Assembly (NCBI GenBank): GCA_001793095.1
Contig: MGHG01000012.1
Location: 72,647 to 136,646, forward strand
Direction: 5' to 3'
Length of the DNA stretch: 64,000 nucleotides
From: Candidatus Woesebacteria bacterium RIFCSPLOWO2_01_FULL_39_23
Lineage (GTDB): Bacteria; Patescibacteriota; Microgenomatia; UBA8517
This document shows positions 28,851 through 38,906 of the stretch, one piece after another. Numbering within the stretch: position 1 is the first letter of the stretch; every line of letters starts with the position of its first letter. The notes below the pieces were generated by a model. The model searched no databases, was not told the origin of the DNA, and saw nothing but the letters and a program-made list of their open reading frames with translations. A program made the position numbers and the translations under genes.

Positions 28851-31800
28851 ATGGAAATATTTGAAGGATTAAGAGACCTTACAGATTTTAAAGCACTTAT
28901 AATCAGACTAGCTTCGCCTGATGACATTAGAAGGTGGAGTCGGGGTGAAGTTACAAAGCCTGAAACTATTAATTACAGGACTTTGAAGCCGGAAAAAGAT
29001 GGTCTTTTTGACGAGCGGATTTTTGGTCCAACCAAGGACTGGGAGTGCTATTGCGGAAAGTATAAAAGAATCAGATATAAAGGTGTTGTTTGCGATAAAT
29101 GCGGGGTCGAGGTAACTCAATCAAGGGTAAGGAGAGAAAGAATGGGTCATATTGCCCTTGCGTCATCTGTCGTGCATGTATGGTTTTTCAAAGGTGCACC
29201 TTCAAGACTTTCTTTGATACTTGATGTTCCACCCCGAGCAATTGAGCAGGTAATCTACTTTGCCAGATATCTTGTTTTGGAAATTGAAGAGAAAAAGAAA
29301 AAAGATTCGATAGAAGCAGTTGATAAGGCGAGAATAGAGAGACAAAAAGAGCTTAAAGAAACTTATGATGCCAGAATCGAAGAGTTGAAGTCTAAAAGTG
29401 ATCAAGAGAAAGTAAAAGCTGAAAAGAAAATAAAAAATAAAGAGCAATTGTCGCTGGCAGTTTCTGAGATCGAACTTGAAGAGCGCAAGAAAGAAACAAC
29501 TCTTTTGGAAGAGAAGAAAACTACAACATTAAGAACAGACGAGTTATTTGAGGGTTTAATTTCTTTAATTAAGGGATTGAAGAGATTTTCAATATTGTCC
29601 GAGGAGGAATACGATCAACTTTCGGCATATGGTGCAGCCAATTTCTTTGAAACTAAAATGGGTGCCGACGCCGTCATGGCCGCAATTGAAAAAGTCAATC
29701 TTGAAGAACTGACAGCTAACTTAAGAACCGAAATTAATGACTCCAAAGGAGTTAGTGCAAAATATATAAAACTTGCAAAAAGGTTAAAGCTGGTTGACGG
29801 TATGAGAAGAGCAAAAGTGTCACCCGCTTGGATGATACTAAAAGTCTTACCGGTATTACCTCCTGACTTACGTCCGATGGTTCAACTTTCCGGCGGCCGT
29901 TTTGCTACAAGCGACCTGAACGATCTTTATAGAAGAGTTATAAATCGAAATAACCGCCTAAAGCATCTGATTGGCCTTGGAGCTCCTGAAATTATTCTTA
30001 GAAATGAGAAAAGAATGCTTCAGGAATCAGTGGATTCCTTGATTGATGCTTCGCAGCGAAAAGCAACAAGAAGAGGGAGAGGACGACAGCCTTTGAGGAG
30101 TCTTTCCGATATGCTCAAGGGTAAACAGGGTAGATTTAGACAGAATTTGCTTGGAAAACGTGTAGATTATTCTGGTAGATCCGTGATTATAGTAGGGCCT
30201 GAGCTGAAGCTTAATCAATGCGGTCTTCCTAAAGAGATGGCATTGGAGATGTTTAAACCGTTTGTTCTGAGAGAGATGATTTTAAGAGGTGTCGCTCCAA
30301 ATGTGAAAAGCGCCAAAAATATGCTCGAGAGGAGACCTCCTGAGGTATTCGACATTTTGGAAGAGATAACTAAAAATCATCCCGTAATCTTAAATCGTGC
30401 ACCGACGCTGCATAAACTTTCTATTCAGGCATTTTATCCCCTACTTATTGAAGGCTCTGCTATTAGGCTTCATCCGGCTATCTGTTCGGGTTTCAACGCC
30501 GACTTTGACGGAGACCAGATGGCGGTTCACATTCCTTTATCTAAAAAGGCGATAAACGAGGCGATTAATCTGATGCTTCCCGAGAAAAATTTGCTTAGAC
30601 CGGCTGACGGAAGTCCGATAGCGACCCCCGCGAGTAAAGAAATGGCATTAGGTGTCTATTATTTAACAAGTATTGATCCTAGAATAAAAGCATTTGACTC
30701 GATTCTAAGTGACAAAGAAGAGTCTATTCTCGCCTACCAAAGCAAAAAAATAGAGCTTAGACAACTTGTTACAGTCCGACTAAACGGTGAGTTTATGGAT
30801 ACAACAGTCGGAAGGATTTTGTTCAACGAGAGTTTACCTAGTGATTTTGGGTTTATTAACGAAGCGGTAACTTCAGGCATTATTAAACAGCTTTTTTCCA
30901 GAGCTTATAAAACCAAAGAAACAGGCGAGGTTGTGGAAATGATCGATGCAGTCAAAGACTTAGGATTTATGGGAGGAACAGTTTCAGGGCTATCCTTCGG
31001 AATTTTTGATGCAAAAGTACTTCCGGAAAAAGAGAAAATCCTAAAAGAAGCAGATAAAAGAGTAGCTGAACATGAAAAGAATTTTGCACAGGGCCTTATT
31101 ACACTTGCGGAAAAGAAAAGACTTATTCAAGAAGTTTGGATTGAAGTCACGGAGGAATTGGCAGATAAAACCTGGGAAATGTTGGATGAGACCTCTCCAA
31201 TTAGGATAGTTATCGATGCAAAAGTTGGTCGTGCTTCGAGAGATCAAGTAAAACAGTTAGCAGCAATTAGAGGTTTAATTGTTGACCCACTCGGAAAGAT
31301 TGTCGAACTTCCAATTAAATCTAATTTCCGTGAGGGATTGTCGGTATTCGAATATGTAACTTCCTCCAGAGGTTCAAGGAAAGGTTTGACAGACACGGCA
31401 CTTAAGACTGCCGATGCTGGTTATCTGACAAGGAGGCTAGTTGATGTTGCCCACGATGTAATTATTAGATCTGTCGATTGTGGAACGAAGGATGGTCTTA
31501 TTATATTGAGACAAGATAGGCCTAAAGTCTTCTTGAATAGGATTTCGGGAAGAATATTGGCTGAAGATATTAAGACCCGCAGAGGCAAGGTAATTCTCGC
31601 AAAAGGCGAACTTTTAGGTGAAGATGAGTTACGAAAAATAGAGGAAGAAAAGGTTAATGAGGTAGTTGTCAGATCACCCCTTCTTTGTCAATCAAGATAT
31701 GGCATGTGTTCGACTTGTTACGGTCGAGATCTGTCTAATAAAGACATGGTCGAAATCGGAACCCCCGTCGGAGTTATTGCAGCCCAATCAATCGGTGAAC

Positions 31801-32570
31801 CTGGAACTCAACTTACGTTAAAAACAAAGCATTCCGCTGGTATTGTCGGACTCGACGTAACACAAGGTTTACCCCGCGTTGAAGAACTTTTTGAAGCGAG
31901 AACACCAAAAGTTCTTTCTCCGTTATCTGAAATTGCCGGTAAAGTAAGAGTCAGTGAAGGTGATGAGGGTTGGAAAGTAACAGTTACATCAACAGGTTCA
32001 AGGCCAAAAGAGGAAAGACAATATATAATTCCTAAAACTATTAAACTTGCAGTCAGCGATAAAGATCTAATAGATTCCGGAACGCCTCTTGCACAAGGAT
32101 ACCTTGATATAAAAGAAATTCTTTCTATTAAGGGGCTTCATGCCGCACAGGAATATTTAGTTAATGAAATCCAGGAAGTATATGAGAGTCAGGGAATAGC
32201 AATCCACGATAAGCATTTTGAGGTCACGATTAGAAGGATGAGTGATGAGGTCAGAGTTGTGACGTCGGGTGATACCCCTCTTCTTCCGGGTGAGCTAGTC
32301 GGCAAAGCTTTCTTTGAAGAAGAAAATGAAAAAGTATTGGCAGCGGGCGGGGAACCAGCTTCTGCTCAACAAGTTATTCTTGGTATTACAAGAAGAGCTT
32401 TGTTTACCGAGTCCTGGCTATCAGCTGCATCATTCGAGCAAACAACTGATGTCTTGACAAACGCAGCAGCTTTAGGACGCGAAGATAAACTGATTGGGCT
32501 CAAAGAGAATGTAATTATAGGTCGACTTATTCCGGTGACTAAAGAGCGGGCTCAATTGCCTTCAGCTTAA
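28851..32570 (+). CDS. rpoC: DNA-directed RNA polymerase subunit beta'
   Basis: Zn-finger CYCGKYK..CDKCG and NADFDGD catalytic motif. Confidence 0.95.
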   Translation: MEIFEGLRDLTDFKALIIRLASPDDIRRWSRGEVTKPETINYRTLKPEKDGLFDERIFGPTKDWECYCGKYKRIRYKGVVCDKCGVEVTQSRVRRERMGHIALASSVVHVWFFKGAPSRLSLILDVPPRAIEQVIYFARYLVLEIEEKKKKDSIEAVDKARIERQKELKETYDARIEELKSKSDQEKVKAEKKIKNKEQLSLAVSEIELEERKKETTLLEEKKTTTLRTDELFEGLISLIKGLKRFSILSEEEYDQLSAYGAANFFETKMGADAVMAAIEKVNLEELTANLRTEINDSKGVSAKYIKLAKRLKLVDGMRRAKVSPAWMILKVLPVLPPDLRPMVQLSGGRFATSDLNDLYRRVINRNNRLKHLIGLGAPEIILRNEKRMLQESVDSLIDASQRKATRRGRGRQPLRSLSDMLKGKQGRFRQNLLGKRVDYSGRSVIIVGPELKLNQCGLPKEMALEMFKPFVLREMILRGVAPNVKSAKNMLERRPPEVFDILEEITKNHPVILNRAPTLHKLSIQAFYPLLIEGSAIRLHPAICSGFNADFDGDQMAVHIPLSKKAINEAINLMLPEKNLLRPADGSPIATPASKEMALGVYYLTSIDPRIKAFDSILSDKEESILAYQSKKIELRQLVTVRLNGEFMDTTVGRILFNESLPSDFGFINEAVTSGIIKQLFSRAYKTKETGEVVEMIDAVKDLGFMGGTVSGLSFGIFDAKVLPEKEKILKEADKRVAEHEKNFAQGLITLAEKKRLIQEVWIEVTEELADKTWEMLDETSPIRIVIDAKVGRASRDQVKQLAAIRGLIVDPLGKIVELPIKSNFREGLSVFEYVTSSRGSRKGLTDTALKTADAGYLTRRLVDVAHDVIIRSVDCGTKDGLIILRQDRPKVFLNRISGRILAEDIKTRRGKVILAKGELLGEDELRKIEEEKVNEVVVRSPLLCQSRYGMCSTCYGRDLSNKDMVEIGTPVGVIAAQSIGEPGTQLTLKTKHSAGIVGLDVTQGLPRVEELFEARTPKVLSPLSEIAGKVRVSEGDEGWKVTVTSTGSRPKEERQYIIPKTIKLAVSDKDLIDSGTPLAQGYLDIKEILSIKGLHAAQEYLVNEIQEVYESQGIAIHDKHFEVTIRRMSDEVRVVTSGDTPLLPGELVGKAFFEEENEKVLAAGGEPASAQQVILGITRRALFTESWLSAASFEQTTDVLTNAAALGREDKLIGLKENVIIGRLIPVTKERAQLPSA

Positions 32571-32611
32571 TTCTTTAGTACAATACTGGGGTCAACTAAT
32601 AACTCAAAGCT

Positions 32612-32669
32612 CAAAACTGAATTTAGTTCTTAGTTTTAACATTTAAGTTGTTAGCTATTATCATGCCAA
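32612..32669 (+). repeat. 58-bp perfect direct repeat, copy 1 (rpsL leader through its ATGCCAA start)
   Basis: Identical to 33178-33235: CAAAACTGAATTTAGTTCTTAGTTTTAACATTTAAGTTGTTAGCTATTATCATGCCAA. Confidence 0.85.
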
Positions 32670-33133
32670 CGATATCACAACTAGTAAGACGTGGGAGAAA
32701 AAGCATCGTCAAAAAGAGCAAAAAGGCGGCTCTGAGACGGTGGTTTAATGCCAAGGATCGACGTTTTGGAGAAAATTCATCTCCATTTAAAAGAGGGGTA
32801 GTCTTGCAAGTGCGAACGATGACGCCGAAAAAACCGAATTCTGCTTTACGTAAGGTATGCCGAGTACGCTTGTCAAATAAGCAAGAAGTAACTGCTTATA
32901 TTCCGGGTGAAGGACATGAATTATCCGAGCACGCAATTGTCATGGTTCGCTACGGCCGTGTAAAAGATTTACCTGGTGTAAAGTATCAAGTAGTCCGTGG
33001 CAAGTATGATACAACAGGAGTTGTAGGCAGGAAAACATCAAGAAGCAGATATGGTTCCAAGAAGGAAGGTGCAGTTAGAACAACCATTGCTCCAGCTAGT
33101 AGTGTAGCTGGTGCGAGCGAAGCGTCGGCCTAA
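32663..33133 (+). CDS. rpsL: 30S ribosomal protein S12 with a ~13-aa internal insertion and ~20-aa C-terminal extension
   Basis: [13 protein letters not shown]...[12 protein letters not shown]...YIPGEGH...[10 protein letters not shown]. Confidence 0.9.
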   Translation: MPTISQLVRRGRKSIVKKSKKAALRRWFNAKDRRFGENSSPFKRGVVLQVRTMTPKKPNSALRKVCRVRLSNKQEVTAYIPGEGHELSEHAIVMVRYGRVKDLPGVKYQVVRGKYDTTGVVGRKTSRSRYGSKKEGAVRTTIAPASSVAGASEASA

Positions 33134-33177
33134 TTCCCTTTCGGATTGTATTAACTCAAAACTTAGAACTCAAAACG

Positions 33178-33235
33178 CAAAACTGAATTTAGTTCTTAGT
33201 TTTAACATTTAAGTTGTTAGCTATTATCATGCCAA
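33178..33235 (+). repeat. 58-bp perfect direct repeat, copy 2 (rpsG leader and start)
   Basis: Identical to 32612-32669. Confidence 0.85.
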
Positions 33236-33705
33236 GAAGAGGATCAGTAAAAGTAAGACAAACAGAACCAGACCCTATATATAAAAATAGGCTAATTACC
33301 AAGTTTATTAATAGGGCGATGCGCGATGGGAAAAAAAGTACAGCTCAAAAAGAAATTTACAGAAGCTTCGAACTTATTAAAAGTGAGGGGGAGGATCCTG
33401 TTAAAATTTTTTCCCAGGCAATTGAAAATGTAAAACCTGGGATGGAAGTTCGTCCAAGAAGAATCGGAGGCGCAGCCTATCAAGTTCCAATCCCGGTACG
33501 GGGAACGAGGAAGGAATCTTTAGCAATAAGATGGATAATAGGAGCAGCCCAAGGAAGAAGCAATAGCGAATTTAGAACTTTTGCGGAGAAACTGGCAGCG
33601 GAGTTTAAAGATGCGGCTAAAAGTGAAGGTCTTGCAGTTAAAAAGAAGATTGATATGGAAAGAATGGCCGAAGCCAACCGCGCCTTCGCCCACTTCAGAT
33701 GGTAA
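33229..33705 (+). CDS. rpsG: 30S ribosomal protein S7
   Basis: MPRRGSVKVRQTEPDPIYKN..., full-length S7. Confidence 0.9.
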   Translation: MPRRGSVKVRQTEPDPIYKNRLITKFINRAMRDGKKSTAQKEIYRSFELIKSEGEDPVKIFSQAIENVKPGMEVRPRRIGGAAYQVPIPVRGTRKESLAIRWIIGAAQGRSNSEFRTFAEKLAAEFKDAAKSEGLAVKKKIDMERMAEANRAFAHFRW

Positions 33706-33718
33706 AAATATTACTTAT

Positions 33719-34054
33719 ATGGAAAATTTAGAACAGAGAATTCAGGGGTGTTATAGCGAAAATTTACAGCGCGTTTATAAATTATATGGAAATGATCCGG
33801 AAAAATGGGGATGGTTGGTAGATGCAACTTTTAAGTGTCGAGCTCCTCGAGGAGAAGGTTTTAAGTTAATGGAATTAAAAGCGGAATTAGGGTTGGGAAA
33901 AAAGAAATGTCCTATGAAGGGGCGGGAAGTATCATCTGTTAGGGTTCCACACCCGGCGGATAATGTTGCCGGTGCTATTATAGCCAGTAAATATCCCAAA
34001 GCATGTCCACTTTGCGGTTTGAAACCTACAGAGTACGATTTTGATATTAGATAA
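33719..34054 (+). CDS. Hypothetical small Cys-containing protein between rpsG and fusA
   Basis: ~111-aa ORF from ATG 33719, with CRAPRGEG...KCPMKG...CPLCG. No homology recognised. Confidence 0.3.
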   Translation: MENLEQRIQGCYSENLQRVYKLYGNDPEKWGWLVDATFKCRAPRGEGFKLMELKAELGLGKKKCPMKGREVSSVRVPHPADNVAGAIIASKYPKACPLCGLKPTEYDFDIR

Positions 34055-34178
34055 AATATGATTGTCTAAGGTGAACTGCTTCATTAGGAAGCAGTTTATT
34101 GTGTAAAGTATGGGGAATTCGAGAAGAGTTTGATCGGCTTAAGCTCTTCTACTCTTTCACTCTTTTACTCTATTAACT

Positions 34179-36341
34179 ATGCCAGTACAAGCAGTCAAGA
34201 AAAAGTCAGCGATGATTATGGCGGTCACAAAAGACCGTGATGTCCCTATGGATAAAATCCGAAACATCGGGATTATTGCCCATATTGACGCCGGTAAAAC
34301 GACGACTACCGAGCGTATTCTTTTCGAAACGGGTAAAACTTATAAGCAAGGTTCAGTTGATGAGGGAACTACCGTAACTGACTGGATGGCACAAGAAAGA
34401 GAGCGGGGAATTACGATTGTTTCGGCTGCAATTACGACATTTTGGGATCTGCAAACAGGTTCCAATATTCCCAACGGCCACTACAGAATTAATATTATTG
34501 ACACTCCCGGTCATATTGACTTTACTGCCGAGGTTGAAAGATCTCTTAGGGTTTTGGACGGAGCTGTTATGGTTTTTGACGGAAGAACGGGGGTTGAGAG
34601 CCAATCTGAGACGGTTTGGAGACAGGCTGATAGGTACGGAGTTCCCAGAATTTGTATTTTGAATAAACTAAACCTAATTGGTGCCGACTTTGAAGGAAGT
34701 ATCAGGTCGATTAAAGAACGTTTAGGTGCAAATGCTGCTCCAATCGAATATCCAATCGGGATCGAACACTCTCTTCGGGGTGTTATTGATTTGATTAAAA
34801 TGAAAGCTTTTACTTATAAAGCAATCGAGGATAATAAGTTGGCGGAGGAAGAGATACCGGCAGATCTCATCGAAACTGCGAAAAAATATCGCCATGAACT
34901 GATTGAAGCCGTTTCTGAATTTGACGATGAAGCCCTTACAAAATATCTCGAAGGCCAAGAGCCCGATGAAGCGTCTTTGAAAAAGGCAATTAGAGCTGGT
35001 GTGGTAGCAGGTAAATTTTTCCCGATTCTGGGAGGAGACAATCGGATGGCTACGGTGCAGCTGCTTCTTGATGCAGTGGTTGAATATTTACCCTCTCCCG
35101 CGGATCTTCCACCCGTAGCAGGAGTCAATCCGAAAACCGGTGAAAAAGAAACCCGGGAAGCAAAAAACGATGCGCCTTTCAGCGCACTCTCTTTCAAGGT
35201 AGTAACCGATCCCCACGTTGGAAGACTAGTTTATATCAGGATTTATTCAGGCAAAATCAAGGCTGGTGAAGTTATTTACAACGTTAGTAAACAGAAACAA
35301 GAAAGAATCGGTAAATTGGTTCTTCTTCATGCCGACCAAAGAGAGCTAGTTGAGGAAGCGTTTACGGGAGAGATTGTTGCCGTTGTCGGTATTAGAGACA
35401 CTTCAACCGGTGATTCATTAAGTATCCCTAACGCACCAATTATTCTTGAATCCATATCATTCCCCGAACCCGTGATATCACTTGCCATTGAACCTGCTAC
35501 AAAAAGCGATCAGGAAAAGATGGGCATGGCTCTTCAAAAACTTTCGGATGAGGATCCGACTTTTAGAATCAAATCGAATATGGAAACAGCCCAAACAATT
35601 ATTTCAGGCATGGGAGAGCTTCAACTTGAAATTTTAGTTGATCGTATGAAGAGGGAATTCGGAGTAAATGCAAATACGGGTTCACCTCAAGTTGCATATA
35701 AAGAGACGATCAAAAAAACGTCTCAAGGAGAGGGCAAATACATCAGGCAAACCGGAGGCCGGGGACAGTATGGCCACTGTTTCGTTAGAGTAGAACCAAA
35801 AGGTAGAGGAGAAGGTTACGAATTCAAATCAGAAATTAAAGGCGGATCGATCCCTGCCGAATTCATTTCACCAATTGAAAAAGGAGTAAAAGAAAAACTT
35901 GAAAAGGGTATTATGGCGGGATTTCCGATGACGGACATTTTTGTCGCAGTTTACGACGGAACTTATCACGATGTTGATTCTTCGGATATTGCATTTAAAA
36001 TAGCCGGATCGATGGCAGTCGAAGATGCCGCAAGAAGAGCGGACATGATCCTACTCGAGCCTATTATGAAGGTCGAGGTTGCAACTCCTGAGGAATTTAT
36101 GGGCGATGTAATAGGTGATTTATCGAGTAAACGTGCACAAATTCAGGGTACAGAGAAAAAAGGTGTGGAAACCTTTATTTACGCAGTTGCTCCTTTAGCT
36201 GAGCTTTCCGGCTATGCAACAAAACTGCGCTCAATTTCGCAAGGCCGAGCCCGCGCGTTTGTGGAACCATCCCATTATGAAGAGGTGCCGAAAAATATTG
36301 CTGAGCAAATTGTAGCCAAGAGTGGAAAAGTAGCGGTATAA
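34179..36341 (+). CDS. fusA: Elongation factor G
   Basis: NIGIIAHIDAGKTTTTE, DTPGHIDF, NKLN. Confidence 0.9.
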   Translation: MPVQAVKKKSAMIMAVTKDRDVPMDKIRNIGIIAHIDAGKTTTTERILFETGKTYKQGSVDEGTTVTDWMAQERERGITIVSAAITTFWDLQTGSNIPNGHYRINIIDTPGHIDFTAEVERSLRVLDGAVMVFDGRTGVESQSETVWRQADRYGVPRICILNKLNLIGADFEGSIRSIKERLGANAAPIEYPIGIEHSLRGVIDLIKMKAFTYKAIEDNKLAEEEIPADLIETAKKYRHELIEAVSEFDDEALTKYLEGQEPDEASLKKAIRAGVVAGKFFPILGGDNRMATVQLLLDAVVEYLPSPADLPPVAGVNPKTGEKETREAKNDAPFSALSFKVVTDPHVGRLVYIRIYSGKIKAGEVIYNVSKQKQERIGKLVLLHADQRELVEEAFTGEIVAVVGIRDTSTGDSLSIPNAPIILESISFPEPVISLAIEPATKSDQEKMGMALQKLSDEDPTFRIKSNMETAQTIISGMGELQLEILVDRMKREFGVNANTGSPQVAYKETIKKTSQGEGKYIRQTGGRGQYGHCFVRVEPKGRGEGYEFKSEIKGGSIPAEFISPIEKGVKEKLEKGIMAGFPMTDIFVAVYDGTYHDVDSSDIAFKIAGSMAVEDAARRADMILLEPIMKVEVATPEEFMGDVIGDLSSKRAQIQGTEKKGVETFIYAVAPLAELSGYATKLRSISQGRARAFVEPSHYEEVPKNIAEQIVAKSGKVAV

Positions 36342-36359
36342 GAGTATTTTAACTGCCTA

Positions 36360-36389
36360 TTGACACTAAATAAGTGAGGCTAATATAAT
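36360..36389 (+). promoter_or_regulatory. Sigma70-type promoter: TTGACA, 17/18-nt spacer, ATATAAT, upstream of tuf
   Basis: Hexamers read directly. Followed by hairpin CCACGC-TAA-GCGTGG (36400-36414) plus a U-rich tract. Confidence 0.5.
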
Positions 36390-36490
36390 ACGCTCACTAC
36401 CACGCTAAGCGTGGTTTGTGTTTGGAGAGGCAAGTAGGTTAGATTCTTTTACCCTCTTGCTCTTTCACTCTTATACTCTAAAATATATTT

Positions 36491-37690
36491 ATGGCTGGAG
36501 ATACAAAACAAAAATTTGAAAGAAATAAGCCCCATGTCAATGTCGGAACCATTGGCCATGTCGACCATGGAAAAACAACTCTAACTTCCGCAATTACTAC
36601 TGTTCTATCAAAACAACCAGGTAATAAAACTAAGGCTTATAAATTTGACGAAATTGATAATGCTCCCGAAGAGAAAGAACGAGGAGTTACGATTAATATT
36701 ACCCACGTTGAGTACGAAACAGAGAAAAGGCACTATGCACACATTGATGCTCCTGGGCATGCAGATTACATTAAAAACATGATTACCGGTGCAGCCCAGA
36801 TGGATGGCGCCATCTTGGTCGTTTCAGCTCCGGATGGTCCTATGCCCCAAACACGAGAGCACGTTATTTTAGCCCGACAGGTTAACGTTCCTGCGATTGT
36901 TGTTGCACTCAATAAGATTGATGCAGTTGACGATCCTGAAATAGTCGAGCTGGTCGAATCTGATATCCGTGATCTTCTTAAGAAATATCAATTCCCGGGT
37001 GATGAGGTTCCGATTGTAAAAGTTTCAGCTCTTAAAGCTTTGGAAGGCGACGCTGAAGCCGAAAAGCAAATTGTGGAGCTGATGAAAACTGTCGATGAAT
37101 ATATTCCTGAGCCAAAGCGCGAAGTTGATAAACCATTCCTGATGCCTGTTGAAGACGTTTTTTCGATTAAAGGTCGAGGAACCGTTGCGACCGGTAGAGT
37201 TGAGAGAGGTAAACTTAATCTTAATGAGGAAATTGAGATAGTCGGTCTTAAAGATACAAGAAAGAGCGTGGTTACGGGTCTTGAAATGTTTAGAAAAACC
37301 CTTGATTTTACCGAAGCAGGAGACAATGTCGGGGTACTGCTTCGAGGAATTGAAAAGGATGACGTTGAAAGAGGCCAGGTTTTAGCAAAATCAGGATCTG
37401 TCACTCCCCATACTGAGTTTGAAGCCGAAGTCTATATCCTCTCAAAGGAAGAAGGCGGACGCCACACCCCGTTCTTTACAGGTTATAAACCGCAGTTTTT
37501 TATCCGAACGGCTGACGTAACCGGTGAAGTTACGCTTCCGGAGGGTATTGAAATGGTTATGCCTGGAGATTCCGCCAAGATGAAAGTAAAATTAATTCAA
37601 CCGGTTGCAGCTGAAGAAGGACTCCGATTTGCTATCCGTGAGGGCGGAAGTACGGTCGGAGCAGGAGTAATTTCTAAGATACTTGTTTAA
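36491..37690 (+). CDS. tuf: Elongation factor Tu
   Basis: [23 protein letters not shown]; 399 aa. Confidence 0.95.
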   Translation: MAGDTKQKFERNKPHVNVGTIGHVDHGKTTLTSAITTVLSKQPGNKTKAYKFDEIDNAPEEKERGVTINITHVEYETEKRHYAHIDAPGHADYIKNMITGAAQMDGAILVVSAPDGPMPQTREHVILARQVNVPAIVVALNKIDAVDDPEIVELVESDIRDLLKKYQFPGDEVPIVKVSALKALEGDAEAEKQIVELMKTVDEYIPEPKREVDKPFLMPVEDVFSIKGRGTVATGRVERGKLNLNEEIEIVGLKDTRKSVVTGLEMFRKTLDFTEAGDNVGVLLRGIEKDDVERGQVLAKSGSVTPHTEFEAEVYILSKEEGGRHTPFFTGYKPQFFIRTADVTGEVTLPEGIEMVMPGDSAKMKVKLIQPVAAEEGLRFAIREGGSTVGAGVISKILV

Positions 37691-37731
37691 TTTAGTCGTT
37701 TATAGAAGCGACTACGCACTTTAACGGACTT

Positions 37732-38043
37732 ATGGCAGCAGGAAGGCTTCGAGTCAAGCTTAAAAGTTATGATCACCGCGTAATTGACGAGGCGGCTGCT
37801 AAGATATTGGATGTTGCAATTGCAACAGGAGCCAAGATCATAGGTCCGATCCCCTTACCCACAAAAAGAACTTTAATATCGGTTGTTCCCTCGACTTCCC
37901 GTGGTATAAAAAATGCTCAGGAACATTTTGAGGTCTTGGTGCACAAAAGACTTATCGATATTATTGACCCTTCAAATAGAACAATTGATTCCCTCTCCAA
38001 TCTCGACCTCCCGGCAGGCGTAAGTATAGAAATAAAAATGTAA
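37732..38043 (+). CDS. rpsJ: 30S ribosomal protein S10
   Basis: RLRVKLKSYDHRVIDEAA... Confidence 0.9.
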   Translation: MAAGRLRVKLKSYDHRVIDEAAAKILDVAIATGAKIIGPIPLPTKRTLISVVPSTSRGIKNAQEHFEVLVHKRLIDIIDPSNRTIDSLSNLDLPAGVSIEIKM

Positions 38044-38349
38044 ATGAGTCGAGAGATTTTAACTGGTAGACCTCTTTATAGGAAGATTATAGAAAATATT
38101 GTTAACGGATCTGATTCTCCAGATATAGATATTGATGCATTTGAATATCACGTTCAACACACATTTAATAGTTTGATGTTTCATATAAGATTTCAACGTC
38201 AGGAGGGTGAAAAACCAAACGAGGAAGATGTAAATTTACTTAAAGGTTTATTGAGTGCTGTTCCGAAGGTGCTTGATTATTTTTCCGAAGATAGGCAAAA
38301 AGACTTAAAGAATTTTCTAATATCAGAAGGCATTATAAAAGATGAATAG
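38044..38349 (+). CDS. Hypothetical protein inserted directly after rpsJ (TAAATG junction)
   Basis: 101-aa ORF, no motif. Confidence 0.4.
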   Translation: MSREILTGRPLYRKIIENIVNGSDSPDIDIDAFEYHVQHTFNSLMFHIRFQRQEGEKPNEEDVNLLKGLLSAVPKVLDYFSEDRQKDLKNFLISEGIIKDE

Positions 38350-38884
38350 ATACGCATCTAGGGCGGGGGAAAAACTTCAATTCGCTTTAGATAAATTCAA
38401 GATATCAGTTAAAGATTTGATGTGTGCCGACTTCGGAAGTTCAACCGGCGGTTTTGTTGATTGTCTTCTCCAAAACGGCGCTAAGAAAGTTTATTCCGTA
38501 GATACTGCTTATGGCGAACTTGCCTGGAACCTTCGCAACGACCCCAGAGTTGTGGTAATAGAACGGACAAACGCCATGCATGTGGTGTTACCCGAAAAAG
38601 TTGATCTAATAACTATAGATGTCGGTTGGACAAAGCAGAAGGATATTTTACCCAATGCCTTCAATAATTTAACAGACGGTGGAACTATTGTGACACTTAT
38701 CAAACCGCATTATGAATTAGGAAGAGGGAAATTAAAGGTAGGACAGGTAGAACAAGTATTGCAGGCAGTACAGGAAGACATTAGAAATGTGGGTGGAAAA
38801 GTTGACAAGCTTGTCGAATCACCGCTTTTAGGTGAAAAAGGCAAAAATCGTGAATTTCTTGCTTTGATAAAACCTGAGACGTGA
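38342..38884 (+). CDS. tlyA: TlyA-like FtsJ-type rRNA 2'-O-methyltransferase without S4 domain
   Basis: SRAGEKLQFALDKF, DFGSSTGGFVDCLL, VYSVDTAYGELAWNLRNDPRVVVIERTNA. Confidence 0.7.
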   Translation: MNRYASRAGEKLQFALDKFKISVKDLMCADFGSSTGGFVDCLLQNGAKKVYSVDTAYGELAWNLRNDPRVVVIERTNAMHVVLPEKVDLITIDVGWTKQKDILPNAFNNLTDGGTIVTLIKPHYELGRGKLKVGQVEQVLQAVQEDIRNVGGKVDKLVESPLLGEKGKNREFLALIKPET

Positions 38885-38906
38885 GTAAATAGCTTTAGAG
38901 GGTTAT

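Noticed and set aside
32648-33240. ORF-track N-terminal extension 'MLAIIMP...' on both rpsL and rpsG
   Set aside because: An artefact of the duplicated leader containing an upstream in-frame ATG. Canonical S12 and S7 start at MPT.../MPRR... (32663 and 33229).
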